This document shows, one piece after another, positions 48,112 through 58,123 of a DNA stretch of 64,000 nt (within the stretch, counting starts at the first letter, position 1; each line of letters opens with the position of its first letter). Location of the stretch: assembly GCA_965213685.1 (NCBI GenBank), contig CBDBZY010000013.1:32001-96000 (forward strand), read 5' to 3'. A program made the translations under genes and the position numbers. Under the pieces are notes generated by a model. The model made no database searches. It was given only the letters and a program-made list of their open reading frames with translations, and was not told where the DNA came from. The stretch comes from a bacterium (lineage in GTDB: Bacteria > UBA8248).

Positions 48112-49353
48112 TTATGGGGAAGCGTTTTGCCATATTCCGGCGAGACGGTCGAGGATGCGGCCCGCCAGAACCCCTTTCGGCAGGACGGGAAGCGGCTCTA
48201 CCGCCCCGTCGGAGTCGATGATGTACGCCCGGGAGGAATCCGCGCCCATCGCGTCTTCCGCGCCGGAGACCCTGTTCGCCACAATCAGGTCCAGCCCCTT
48301 GCGCTCGCGTTTTTCCTGGGCGCGCTCGACCACCCGCTCGGTCTCCGCCGCGAAGCCGATGAGGATTTTGTCCCCCTTGTCCGCGCCCAGTTCGGAGAGG
48401 ATGTCGGTCGTGCGCTCGAGCGCGATGGCGAGCGCCTCCCCGCCCTTTTTGCGCTTCCGGGCGGAAGGATGGACGGGACGATAGTCCGCCACGGCGGCCG
48501 CCATGATGAGGGCGTGCGCCTCGTCCCACGCGCTCATCACGGCCTCGCGCATGTCGGCGGCCGATTCCACGCGCACCACCTGCGCACCCGGCGGGTCGGC
48601 AAGCGCCACGGGCCCGCTCACGAGGGCGACGTCCGCCCCCCGCCTAGCGGCTTCTCCCGCGAGGGCGAAGCCCATCTTCCCGCTTGAGCGGTTCGAGAGA
48701 AAGCGCACGGCGTCCCACCTCTCCCGCGTCGGCCCCGCCGTGATCAGCAGCTTCATCCCCGAGAGGTCCGGGACGGGCGCCAGGATGCGGCGGGCTGCCA
48801 GAAGGATTTCCTGCGGCTCGGGCATGCGCCCCCGGCCCGCTCCCTCCTCCGCGCGCGCCATGCGGCCCGCGCCGGGCTGCATGACGATATGCCCGCGCTC
48901 GCGGAGGGTCTGCACGTTCGCCTGGACGGCGGGCGACGCCCACATGCGGGGGTTCATGGCTGGTGCGACGAGCACGGGCGGCTGCGCCGACAGCAGGAGG
49001 GTGGAGAGAAAATCATCCCCGACCCCGTGGGCGAACTTCCCGATGACGTTGGCCGTCGCCGGCGCGATGAGGATGATGTCCGCGCGCGCCGACAGCGATA
49101 TGTGCGGCATGTCGCCGGTGAACCGGGCGCCCTCCACCGGGAACATCCCTCGTATGGGCGCCATGCCGGTGAGCACCTCGAAGGGCAGGGGCTGAACGAA
49201 TGCGGAGGCGCTTTGCGTCAGCACCGTCCGCACCTCGGCCCCGTCGAGGGCGAGGAGGCGCGCGAGTTCGATGGATTTATACGAGGCGATGCCGCCCGAG
49301 ACGCCGAGAACCGCCCGCTTGCCGGACATGGGGGCTGCGGAGGATGCGCTCAA
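48112..49353 (-). CDS. coaBC: Phosphopantothenoylcysteine decarboxylase/ligase
   Basis: GGIASYK, APATAN, PAMN, TAGPTRE..NRSSGKMG, AAVADY, GFAAET. Confidence 0.96.
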   Translation of the reverse strand: MSASSAAPMSGKRAVLGVSGGIASYKSIELARLLALDGAEVRTVLTQSASAFVQPLPFEVLTGMAPIRGMFPVEGARFTGDMPHISLSARADIILIAPATANVIGKFAHGVGDDFLSTLLLSAQPPVLVAPAMNPRMWASPAVQANVQTLRERGHIVMQPGAGRMARAEEGAGRGRMPEPQEILLAARRILAPVPDLSGMKLLITAGPTRERWDAVRFLSNRSSGKMGFALAGEAARRGADVALVSGPVALADPPGAQVVRVESAADMREAVMSAWDEAHALIMAAAVADYRPVHPSARKRKKGGEALAIALERTTDILSELGADKGDKILIGFAAETERVVERAQEKRERKGLDLIVANRVSGAEDAMGADSSRAYIIDSDGAVEPLPVLPKGVLAGRILDRLAGIWQNASP

Positions 49354-49930
49354 CGGAGGTTCTCCTCCCCCCTCGACTGCAGGAGCAGTCTCCTCAGCTC
49401 CCCGAAGGCGACTTCGACGTCATCGTTGACGATGACGTGGTCATACAGGTGACGCCGCGCCATCTCCTCTTCCGCCTTGGAGATCCGGGAGGCGATCTTC
49501 TCGTCGGGTTCGGTCGCCCGGGTGCGGAGGCGGTTTCCGAGTTCCTCCAGCGAGGGCGGCATGACGAAGATGAGGCGCGCGTCCGGTCGCATTCTCTTGA
49601 CCTGCAACGCACCCCCCACGTCCAGGTCCATGATGACGTCGTCCCCCCGGCGGAGGTGCGCTTCCACTTCGCTGCCGGGCGTTCCGTAGTATTCGCCGAA
49701 CACGTGCGCCCATTCGAGAAACTCGTTTCGGGTGATCATGTCGTGGAAATCCGGCTTCTCCAGGAAATGATAGTGCACCCCGTCTTCCTCATAGTCCCGT
49801 CTGGGCCGCGTCGTCGCGCTTACCGAATGCCGGACGTGCGGGAGCTCCGCGCAGGAGCGCCCTATCAGCGTGGATTTGCCCGTGCCGGAGGGAGCGGAGA
49901 TGACGAAGAGGTGGCCGCGCCTGCGCATCA
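49350..49930 (-). CDS. gmk: Guanylate kinase
   Basis: ISAPSGTGKST, SATTR, LEWA, YYGT, PPSLEEL, IVNDD. Confidence 0.96.
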
Positions 49931-50800
49931 TTCGACGTTTTGCACTTGTTCGCGGATTTTCTCGATGGCGCTTTTCATGTCCACCGCGTTTTGGGTGAGC
50001 GCCAGGTCGATGGATTTCGATGAAATCGTGTTGGCTTCGCGGTTCATCTCCTGGACGAGAAAATCCAGCTTGCGGCCAATCGGCCCCTCGGCTTCGAGCA
50101 TCTCCCGAAACTGGGCGACGTGGCTGTCGAGACGACTCAGCTCCTCGCTGATGTCCCCCCGCTCGGCGGCGTAGACCATCTCCTGCTCCAGGCGGCCTTC
50201 GTCCACCTCGACCCCCTCGGCGAATTCCAGAATCCGCTCGCGCATCCGCTCCGTGAGCCGCTTTCGCGCCTCGGGCAGGCGGCTCCGGATTGCCTCGCAT
50301 CGTTCCCGCACCGCGCCAAGGTGGGCGGAGAGGTCTTTCGCCAGGGCGTCCCCCTCTTTCCCGCGCATGCGGCCCAGGGCGTCTAGCGCGTCGCCCAGGG
50401 ATTCCATCAGGGGAGTGCGCACGTCGTTTTTGTCCAGCTCCGGCTCCGCGCCCTTGAGCAGGTCCCGGAAGGTTGCGAGTATGGAGAGGTCCACCTCGCC
50501 GGGTATTGCCAGTTCGCTTTTCAGGGACCGGAGAGTCGCGAGGAGAGATTTTGCGGCGTCCGCGTCGATGGGCGCCGCGAGGCGCGCGCCGCCTCCCAGG
50601 CGGATGTAGATGTCGAAGCGTCCGCGGGAGAAGCGCTTTTTCACCATCTCGCGCACGTCGCCCTCCAGCGGGAGTGCCCACCGGGGACCCCGGATGGAGG
50701 CCTCCAGATAGCGGTGGTTCACCGCGCGCGCCTCCACGCTGACGGAGGCGTCCCCCAGCGACCGCTGCCCCGCCCCGTAGCCTGTCATGCTGTCTATCAT
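49928..50800 (-). CDS. yicC: YicC/YloC family endoribonuclease
   Basis: SMTGYG, VNHRYL, DISEELSRL, GRKLDFLVQEMNREANT, EKIREQVQNVE. Confidence 0.95.
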   Translation of the reverse strand: MIDSMTGYGAGQRSLGDASVSVEARAVNHRYLEASIRGPRWALPLEGDVREMVKKRFSRGRFDIYIRLGGGARLAAPIDADAAKSLLATLRSLKSELAIPGEVDLSILATFRDLLKGAEPELDKNDVRTPLMESLGDALDALGRMRGKEGDALAKDLSAHLGAVRERCEAIRSRLPEARKRLTERMRERILEFAEGVEVDEGRLEQEMVYAAERGDISEELSRLDSHVAQFREMLEAEGPIGRKLDFLVQEMNREANTISSKSIDLALTQNAVDMKSAIEKIREQVQNVE

Positions 50801-50915
50801 CGCCCGTCCCGCACGATGCGTTGCAGTCGCATCCAAAGGGGTTAGAATATTTTTTCGGTCGGGGCCTGTCAACGGACGCGCCTCCGGCGGCATGGGACGA
50901 TGCAGGGCGGATTTC

Positions 50916-52676
50916 ATGGATACCTTTGTGCTTCAGGCGGTCGCCCGGGAGTTGGAGGAGCGTCTCGCAGGCGCGCGCCTCGAGAGAGTCTCCCAGGCGG
51001 ACGCGCGGACGATCACCCTGTTTTTTTCGGGCTCCGGGAAGCGGCGCCCCTGCCTTCTCCTCAGCGCCGACCCCCGGCATCCGCGGATTCACCTGACGTC
51101 CGCGCCCCCCCGGAGCCTTCCCGAGGCGCCCACGTTTTGTCGAACGCTCCGGAAGCATCTCGGCGGCACCAGTCTCACCCGCGTCGCGGCCGGGGAGTGG
51201 GAGAGAGTCGTGCAGCTCTCCTTCGCGCGCGGGGGCGTCTCCTTCGCGTTGATGGCGGAGATGATGGGTCGATGGAGCAACCTGATACTTCTGGACGGCG
51301 GCACGGGCGAGATTCTGGAGGGGACGAGGCTGGTTTCGCGGGAGAGGAATCCGGCGCGGCCCTTGGAGAGAGGAGGCCGGTACCGGTTGCCGCCGGCGCA
51401 GAAGAAAGCGTCTCCGGACGCCATCACGAAAGAGATGATGCGGAAGATGATGCGGGAGGCGAACCTCCAGACCGCCGCTCCGGAAGAATTCGCGCGGTGG
51501 CTGGTGCGCTCGGTGGGCGGGGTGAGCCCGGCCATCGCCTCGGAGCTGGCGGGCGTCTCCGGCCCCGATGGGGGCTGGACGGGGGCGGTGGACGCCTGGA
51601 TGGGCATGGTGCGGAGCTACCGGAGGAGGGAGTTCGCGCCCGCCTGGGTTTTGGGGGCCGATGGGCGTCCCGCGGGGCTCCGCGCCGTCGGGGCGCCCGG
51701 GGCGAGGCCGGGTTCGTCCCGCGCCTTCGATTCCATGAACGAGGCGGCGGATGCGTTTTACCGAACCGTCCTGGGCGACGCCCGGCTGGAGGAGCGCAAA
51801 AAGCAGGCGTCGAGAATTCTCGGCCGCGCACGGGGGCGCGTCCGGAGGGCGCTCGATGCGGCGCGAAGAGACTCGCAGTCCGCCGCTGCGGCGGAGAGCG
51901 CCTTGCGAAAAGGAGAGCTACTGCTTGCGCACCTGGACGCGGTGGACGGGAAGTCGGAGGTTCTCCTTGTTCCGGGCGCGGACGGGTCGGTCGAAATCGC
52001 CCTGGACCCGCAGCGCACGCCCTCTGAGAACGCGCAGAGGTATTTTCGCCGCTACAAGAAACTCAAGCGGCGGGCGGCGGCCGGGCTGGCGCGCCTCCGG
52101 GAGGTGGAGCGCGAGGAGGAGTTCCTCACCGGGCTGGCGTTTGACCTGGAAGCGGCGAACGCCGTCGAGGATGTCGCGAGCGTCGGGGAGGCGCTGGCCC
52201 AGGCGGGCTATTCCGGACGGCAAAAGGAGGGAAAATCGGGGAGAGACGGACGGGGGAGGGGCAGAAAATCCGCGCGGCCCGCGCGATACCGGCGGTTTCT
52301 GTCGGGTGCGGGCTGGGAGGTGATGGTCGGCAAGAACGCCTTGGGCAACGACGAGCTGCTCCGGCGCATCGGCCGGGCCGCCGACACGTGGCTTCACGCC
52401 CGGGGGATTCCGGGGAGTCACGTCCTCCTGCGCCGAATCGGAGGCGAATCGGCGGCCCCGGATGCGGAGACGCTGGTTCAGGCGGCGGCGTTCGCGGCGT
52501 ATTTCAGCCGGGGCCGCGCGGACTCCAAGTTGCCGGTCGATTATCTCCCCTTCTCCTCGTTGCGGAGGCCGAAGGGGGGGCGTCCCGGACAGGTGCTCCT
52601 CACCCGCCACCGGACGGTTCTGGTCGATCCGGATCTGGGCAGGCGCCTTTGCGGGGAATGGGAGGAAATCCCGTGA
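50916..52676 (+). CDS. rqcH: RqcH/NFACT ribosome quality control protein
   Basis: F..LRKHL, EMMGRWSNLIL, NAQRYFRRYKK, VGKN..ND, WLHA..PGSHV, AAYFS. Confidence 0.9.
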   Translation: MDTFVLQAVARELEERLAGARLERVSQADARTITLFFSGSGKRRPCLLLSADPRHPRIHLTSAPPRSLPEAPTFCRTLRKHLGGTSLTRVAAGEWERVVQLSFARGGVSFALMAEMMGRWSNLILLDGGTGEILEGTRLVSRERNPARPLERGGRYRLPPAQKKASPDAITKEMMRKMMREANLQTAAPEEFARWLVRSVGGVSPAIASELAGVSGPDGGWTGAVDAWMGMVRSYRRREFAPAWVLGADGRPAGLRAVGAPGARPGSSRAFDSMNEAADAFYRTVLGDARLEERKKQASRILGRARGRVRRALDAARRDSQSAAAAESALRKGELLLAHLDAVDGKSEVLLVPGADGSVEIALDPQRTPSENAQRYFRRYKKLKRRAAAGLARLREVEREEEFLTGLAFDLEAANAVEDVASVGEALAQAGYSGRQKEGKSGRDGRGRGRKSARPARYRRFLSGAGWEVMVGKNALGNDELLRRIGRAADTWLHARGIPGSHVLLRRIGGESAAPDAETLVQAAAFAAYFSRGRADSKLPVDYLPFSSLRRPKGGRPGQVLLTRHRTVLVDPDLGRRLCGEWEEIP

Positions 52677-53013
52677 AGGCGGGCTTGCGGAGCGTGGACG
52701 GCGCGCGGCCGGTGCGCCGATGGAGCGAGACGACCCCCTGCACAAAAGAAGAAACGGAGCGTCCGCACATTTTCTCTTTGCCGGTTTTCCACTGCCCGTT
52801 CAGGTTGCCCGGTATGCCGGCGGAGGCCCGCGGGGAGCTTGGTCGGTCCGGGCATGAACGGGGATGGGGCGCAGCGCCTCGTTTTCGCTCCGCCGGATTG
52901 CCAGGAGTTCAGGGACTGAGGGGCTGGATGAATACGCCATCGCCTCCCCGCCCTTCTCTCGCGGCCCCGGGAGTTTAATACAGAAACGCTCACTCGCCTG
53001 GCGGAGGAGCGGC

Positions 53014-53442
53014 TCAGCTCCCGCTTTCTTCCAGAATCCTCTTGAGGTTGGAAAGCTCCCGGATGTTTCGCAGCGTGCCGTCGCGATGCCTCGACTGGTT
53101 TTCGTATTCGGCCGCCTCCACCGTGTGCAGAACGTGGGTATAGGGGCCTTCCTCCTCGAGGTAGTAGCTGATGATCATCACGGGCGCCTCCTCCTCCGCG
53201 CCCGCGAAGTTGTGCCACGCGAGTTTCCGGTTCGGCTCCCAGGCGATGATTTCGGAGACGTGCTCGACGCCGTTCGTGTAGACCTGGTGAAAGCGGGTGC
53301 CCACCCCGCTTCTCTTCTCCGATATGATGCGGACGCTCTGGCTGAAATCCGCGATTTGCGGGTGCGTCTCCACGTGGGCGAGGAAACGGAACACCTTTTC
53401 CGCGGGCGCCCGTATTTTCTCGATCACCGCCACGGGTGGCAT
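53014..53442 (-). CDS. SRPBCC family protein
   Basis: IRAPAEKVF, GVGTRF, EPNRKLAW, L..LK..LE. Confidence 0.85.
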   Translation of the reverse strand: MPPVAVIEKIRAPAEKVFRFLAHVETHPQIADFSQSVRIISEKRSGVGTRFHQVYTNGVEHVSEIIAWEPNRKLAWHNFAGAEEEAPVMIISYYLEEEGPYTHVLHTVEAAEYENQSRHRDGTLRNIRELSNLKRILEESGS

Positions 53443-53454
53443 GGGCGTTCTCCT

Positions 53455-54618
53455 CTACAGGAATTTCGCAAAGACCCGGTTGGCCAGAAGGACTCCCCTC
53501 TCCGAGAGGCGAAGCCTGCGGCTCTCCCTTTCCACCAAACCAGAGGTTTCCAGCTCACGCAACAGATCCCGGAACGCCTCCTCGGGGTCTGCGCCGCACT
53601 CTTGCGCGACTTGCTCCAGCGAAACGCCAGCCGTCATGCGGAGTCCGAGCATCAGAGCCTCGCCGATCGCCTTTCGGGGCGCGTCCACCTGTTCGACGCC
53701 GGCGGTGGGGTCGCTCGCCCTCGCTGCGTAGGCGTCGGGCCGGGCGTGGTTCCAGAAGCGTTTCCCCTCCATCAACGAGTGCGCCCCTGCGCCCAGTCCC
53801 AGATAGTCCCCTCGCCGCCAGTAGTTCAGATTGTGCCTGCACGCGAACCCGGGCTTTGCGAAATTGCTGATCTCGTAACGCTCGAAGCCGGCGTCGGCCA
53901 GCATCGAATCGCGCAGCTCCCACATGCGCAGGGCCGTCTCCTCCTCGGGAAGACCCGCCAGCCGCCCCCGCGCTTGCCGCGCATGAAATGCCGTGCCCGG
54001 CTCTATGGTAAGCTCATAGGCGGAGAGGTGCTCGGGCTCCAGGCGGATGGCGCATGCGAGGTCGCGGGCGGCCATGTCCGTCGTCTGGTAGGGGATTCCG
54101 AACATGAGGTCGACCGAGAGGTTCGAGAAGCCGGCCCGGCGGGCGGAATGAAACGCCCTCTGCGCGTCGTCGCCCGTGTGCGCCCGGTCGAGCCTTCTCA
54201 GCGCGCCGTCGTCGAACGTCTGGACGCCGATGCTGATCCGGTTGACGCCGGCTTCTCGGAGGGCGCCGAAACGCCCGGCTTCCGCCGCCCCGGGGTTCGC
54301 CTCGAGCGTGATCTCGCAATCCCGGCGCACGTCGAACCATTCGGTCGCACGGCGCAAGATGCGGTTCGTCTCCTCGGGGGGAAAGAGCGAGGGCGTGCCC
54401 CCGCCAAGGAATATCGTGCCGATTCTCCGGCCTTCGAGGGAGAGCCGCGCGACGCGGCTTCTGGCCTCCTCGATGAGCGCATCGGCGTAGCGGCGCGCCC
54501 AGTCGGCGTCGGCGTGGCCCTTCTCCATCAGGGTTTCGAGGGCGTAGGAGTTGAAATCGCAATACCCGCACTTGGCGATGCAGAAGGGGATGTGGATGTA
54601 GAGCGATAGCGGCTTCAT
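53455..54618 (-). CDS. hemW: Radical SAM heme chaperone HemW
   Basis: LYIHIPFC..KCGYCDFNS, GGGTPS, EANP, YEISNF, HNLNYW. Confidence 0.93.
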   Translation of the reverse strand: MKPLSLYIHIPFCIAKCGYCDFNSYALETLMEKGHADADWARRYADALIEEARSRVARLSLEGRRIGTIFLGGGTPSLFPPEETNRILRRATEWFDVRRDCEITLEANPGAAEAGRFGALREAGVNRISIGVQTFDDGALRRLDRAHTGDDAQRAFHSARRAGFSNLSVDLMFGIPYQTTDMAARDLACAIRLEPEHLSAYELTIEPGTAFHARQARGRLAGLPEEETALRMWELRDSMLADAGFERYEISNFAKPGFACRHNLNYWRRGDYLGLGAGAHSLMEGKRFWNHARPDAYAARASDPTAGVEQVDAPRKAIGEALMLGLRMTAGVSLEQVAQECGADPEEAFRDLLRELETSGLVERESRRLRLSERGVLLANRVFAKFL

Positions 54619-54714
54619 GTCGCGGGTCCGTTTGTTGGCGCGTTTATCCATACCGGAACGTTCTGTATATGATAGCCTTCATGACGATAGTTTTGGAGGT
54701 GGGGAGGGGCGAGG

Positions 54715-56271
54715 TTGGTCGTTCACACGCTATCTACGGAAGAGAGGCTGCGCGTCATTCAGCGGGTGGGCCACGTGCTGAATTCAAGCCTGGACATGGA
54801 AATCGTCCTGAGCCGCGTGGCGCATGAGGCGCGGGCGGTATTCCCGCTGGATCATTTCGTCCTGTATCTGGTCAATCCGGACAAGAAAACCTACACCATC
54901 CGGGTGCTCGCATCGAGCGAGGAAATACTCGAGGCGCCCCGGGAGGACATCCCGCTCGAGGGCGGGACGCTGGGCTGGCTCATCGAGCACCGCGAGAAGC
55001 CGTATGTCATCTACAGGGACCTGGACAGGGAGCGTCCCTTCGCCGAGGACGAGGGGGTGTTCCGGCGCGGACTCCGGAGCGGGATTCGCGCCCCGCTCGT
55101 CATCGGCGACGACGTGTTTGGCGAGATCGCCGTGGCCAGCAGCATGCCCGACCAGTTCACCGAGGAGATGGCCGAGTTCCTCTGCGAGCTCACGCCGGCC
55201 ATCGCCACGGCGGTGGCGAACGCGCAGGCGTACGCCCGGCTGGAGGCCGCGAAAGACGATTTTCACCAGGAGACGCTCCACCTGCGGGATCAGATCAAGG
55301 AGATACACAATCCGGACGAGCTCATCGGGTCGAGCCAGGCCGAGGAGGGGGTCAAGGATCTGATCGCCCGCGTGGCGCCCACGGAGGCCACGGTGCTCAT
55401 CCTGGGCGAGACGGGAACCGGCAAGGAGCTGATCGCGCGCGGCATCCATCACCTGAGCGGGCGGCGAAACCGCGTGCTGGTGAAGGTGAACTGCGCGGCG
55501 CTGCAGGAGACGCTGCTGCTGAGCGAATTGTTCGGCCACGAGAAGGGCGCGTTCACGGGGGCGGTGAGCAGAAAGCAGGGCCGGTTCGAGATTGCGAACA
55601 GGGGCACGATTTTTCTGGATGAAATCGGGGAAATATCTCCCGAGGCGCAGGTGAAGATTCTGCGGGTCATGCAGGAGCGGGAGTTCGAGCGGGTCGGCGG
55701 AGTCCAGACGCTGAAAGTGGATGCGAGAATCATCGCCGCGACGAACCGGGACTTGGAGAAGGAGGTTCGTCGGGGCCGGTTTCGCGACGACCTCTACTTT
55801 CGCCTGAACGTGATCCCGATCCGCACGCCGCCGCTGCGCGAGCGGAAGGAGGACATCCCCGAGCTGGTCGATCACTTCGTGCGCAAGCACGGCCCCCGCA
55901 TGAACCGGCAGATTCGATCCGTGGACCCCAAGGCACTGGAGCGTCTCATGCGATACGACTGGCCCGGGAACATCCGGGAGCTGGAAAACGTGGTGGAGCG
56001 CGGACTCGTTCTGGGGCGCGGCCAGGTTCTTCGGTTTGACAAGCAACTCCTGGGCGAATCCTCGCCGCCCGCCAAGGAAAGCGAATTCATGTCGCTGGAA
56101 GAATACGAGAGGCGATATATACTGCGGGTGCTGGCCCATACGGACGGCGTCGTTTCCGGAGAGAGGGGCGCCGCCCGCATACTGGGGATGAAGCCCACGA
56201 CGCTTCAGAGCCGGATGCGGAAACTGGGGATAGAGGCGCGCCGCGAATACAAGCGCTCCCGGTCGCCATAG
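54715..56271 (+). CDS. GAF-domain sigma54-dependent activator (FhlA/NifA-like)
   Basis: N-terminal [55 protein letters not shown]. Confidence 0.95.
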   Translation: MVVHTLSTEERLRVIQRVGHVLNSSLDMEIVLSRVAHEARAVFPLDHFVLYLVNPDKKTYTIRVLASSEEILEAPREDIPLEGGTLGWLIEHREKPYVIYRDLDRERPFAEDEGVFRRGLRSGIRAPLVIGDDVFGEIAVASSMPDQFTEEMAEFLCELTPAIATAVANAQAYARLEAAKDDFHQETLHLRDQIKEIHNPDELIGSSQAEEGVKDLIARVAPTEATVLILGETGTGKELIARGIHHLSGRRNRVLVKVNCAALQETLLLSELFGHEKGAFTGAVSRKQGRFEIANRGTIFLDEIGEISPEAQVKILRVMQEREFERVGGVQTLKVDARIIAATNRDLEKEVRRGRFRDDLYFRLNVIPIRTPPLRERKEDIPELVDHFVRKHGPRMNRQIRSVDPKALERLMRYDWPGNIRELENVVERGLVLGRGQVLRFDKQLLGESSPPAKESEFMSLEEYERRYILRVLAHTDGVVSGERGAARILGMKPTTLQSRMRKLGIEARREYKRSRSP

Positions 56272-56311
56272 GCGATGAGGGGGGCGGTGCGCGCGCGATC
56301 GGAGGGTTGCG

Positions 56312-57043
56312 ATGGACAGGGGAATCTGGGCGACGTGGTACGACCTGCCCGCCGAGGGGGCGAACGAGCACATCGCGTGGCTGCATGAGGTGCATCTGCC
56401 CGAAATGCTGGAGCGTCCCGGCTACCTGTGGGCGGCGCACGTGGACAACGACAAGAGCGCGGAGCGCAAGGAGAACGTGGCCAGGCGCCTCACGCACACC
56501 GAGGACCCCTCCGTGCCGACCGGCAACGGGTATCTGACGCTCTTCGGTGCGGAGAGCCCCCATGTGTTTCTGGACCCCAGCCCTTTGGAATTGGCCGAAA
56601 GCCGGAGCCCCGATGCGCGCGAGATGCTGGGCATGCGCGCGGGTGTTCGGGAATGCGTTTTCCTGGAGGTGGGGCGCGTGAATGGCCCGGAGGCGGGGCT
56701 GCGCGCCCCCGGGATAACGCCGGGCCCCAGAATCCAGATGGGAAGTTTCAACATCAACGCACCAGGCAATGAGGAGGGGATGTGCGCCTGGTATGCGCAG
56801 CTGCGCTTCCCCCGGATGCGGACCCTGGCGGGTTGCGTGGGAATGCGCAAGCTGGTCTCCGTCTATGGCTGGGCCAAACACGCCGTGCTCTATGAGTTCA
56901 GCCTGAACGCATCCGTGGAGCATTACTTCCAGAAGGAGCTGGAGAGCGAGGACTGGTCCCGCGAGATGGTGGGAAACCTCGTCCACGCCCCGGGCTCGCC
57001 CAGCACGGGCAGGCGCATCTGGCCGCCCGTGGCGGATTCCTAG
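56312..57043 (+). CDS. Hypothetical protein, tandem EthD-like alpha/beta barrel
   Basis: WLHEVHLPEML..PG and WY....FP.M...G..LYE repeats. Confidence 0.6.
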   Translation: MDRGIWATWYDLPAEGANEHIAWLHEVHLPEMLERPGYLWAAHVDNDKSAERKENVARRLTHTEDPSVPTGNGYLTLFGAESPHVFLDPSPLELAESRSPDAREMLGMRAGVRECVFLEVGRVNGPEAGLRAPGITPGPRIQMGSFNINAPGNEEGMCAWYAQLRFPRMRTLAGCVGMRKLVSVYGWAKHAVLYEFSLNASVEHYFQKELESEDWSREMVGNLVHAPGSPSTGRRIWPPVADS

Positions 57044-57055
57044 GGCGCGCGACGA

Positions 57056-57089
57056 ACCCGCCGGAGCCGCGCCCGGGACCCCGGCGGGT
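57056..57089. terminator. Hairpin between convergent genes
   Basis: ACCCGCCGG...CCGGCGGGT, 9-bp perfect inverted repeat; no U-tract. Confidence 0.4.
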
Positions 57090-57106
57090 GCGCGCGTGGG
57101 TGGAGA

Positions 57107-58096
57107 TTACTTCTTTTTCACGCCGATGCTGGCGAAAATCTTTCCAAAACGATCATATTCGTCGGCGATGTCCTTTTTGAGGGCGTCGCCGAACAGCGGG
57201 GTGGGCGTCTCGCCCATGCGCTTGAGAAGCCTGTTGTACGTCTTGTTCTTCATGAGCTTCCGGAAGCCCGCCACCAGGGTGTCGACGTGGGCCTGGGGGA
57301 TGCCCTTGGGCCCGATGTAGAAGCGCTTCGACGCCAGCACGAAGTCCACGCCGTTTTCCTTCATCGTCGGAACCTTGGGGAACATCGGGCTTCTCTTCTC
57401 CGAGCAAATGCCCAGGATGTTCAGCTGGCCGCGCCTGTAGCGTCCCAGCGTGCCGCCGGTGGCGGGCAGGGCGCCCGCGGAATCCACGTGGCCGCCGAGC
57501 ATGGCGCGGAAGGCGGGGCCGCCCCCCTTGAAGGGAATGTGGTTCAGCTTGATGCCCCTGTCCGCCATGATCTTGAGAATCATGAGGTGTCCCGTGCCGT
57601 AGACGCCGGACGAGCCGTAGCTCACCTTTCCCGGATTTTTCTTGGCGGCCGCGATCATGCCCTCGAAGTCCTTCCAGGGCTTGGACGGCAGGGACACCAT
57701 CATGTAGTCCGCCTTGTTGACCATGAAGATGGGCACGAAATCCTTGAGCGGGTCATAGCCCATGTTGCGCACGTGCGGGCCGATGGTGAGGTGGGAGGCG
57801 GAGGCGAGCATGATGGTGTGGCCGTCGGGCCTGGCGCGCTTGAGCGCCGTCATGCCGATTTTTCCGCCGCCGCCCGGCATGAGCTGGACGATCATCGGCT
57901 GGCCGAAATAATCGTAGGCCACGCTCGCCACCGCCCGGGAGTTCAGGTCGTGCGAACCGCCCGCCCCCAGCGCGACGATGACCCGGATGGGCCGCCACGG
58001 GAATTTTCGGGCGGCCTCGGCCGGTACCGCGCACGTCAGGAACACGGCCGCCAGCGTCAGCGCCGCGCCTGCCAGGAACCCATTTCGCGTTTTCAT
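57107..58096 (-). CDS. tctC: Tripartite tricarboxylate transporter substrate-binding protein
   Basis: Signal peptide; GAGGSHD, PDGHT, YGSSG, IPFKGG, GGHVD, VPTMKE. Confidence 0.92.
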   Translation of the reverse strand: MKTRNGFLAGAALTLAAVFLTCAVPAEAARKFPWRPIRVIVALGAGGSHDLNSRAVASVAYDYFGQPMIVQLMPGGGGKIGMTALKRARPDGHTIMLASASHLTIGPHVRNMGYDPLKDFVPIFMVNKADYMMVSLPSKPWKDFEGMIAAAKKNPGKVSYGSSGVYGTGHLMILKIMADRGIKLNHIPFKGGGPAFRAMLGGHVDSAGALPATGGTLGRYRRGQLNILGICSEKRSPMFPKVPTMKENGVDFVLASKRFYIGPKGIPQAHVDTLVAGFRKLMKNKTYNRLLKRMGETPTPLFGDALKKDIADEYDRFGKIFASIGVKKK

Positions 58097-58123
58097 AGTC
58101 CTCCCTCCTTTCGGGGTATGCCG

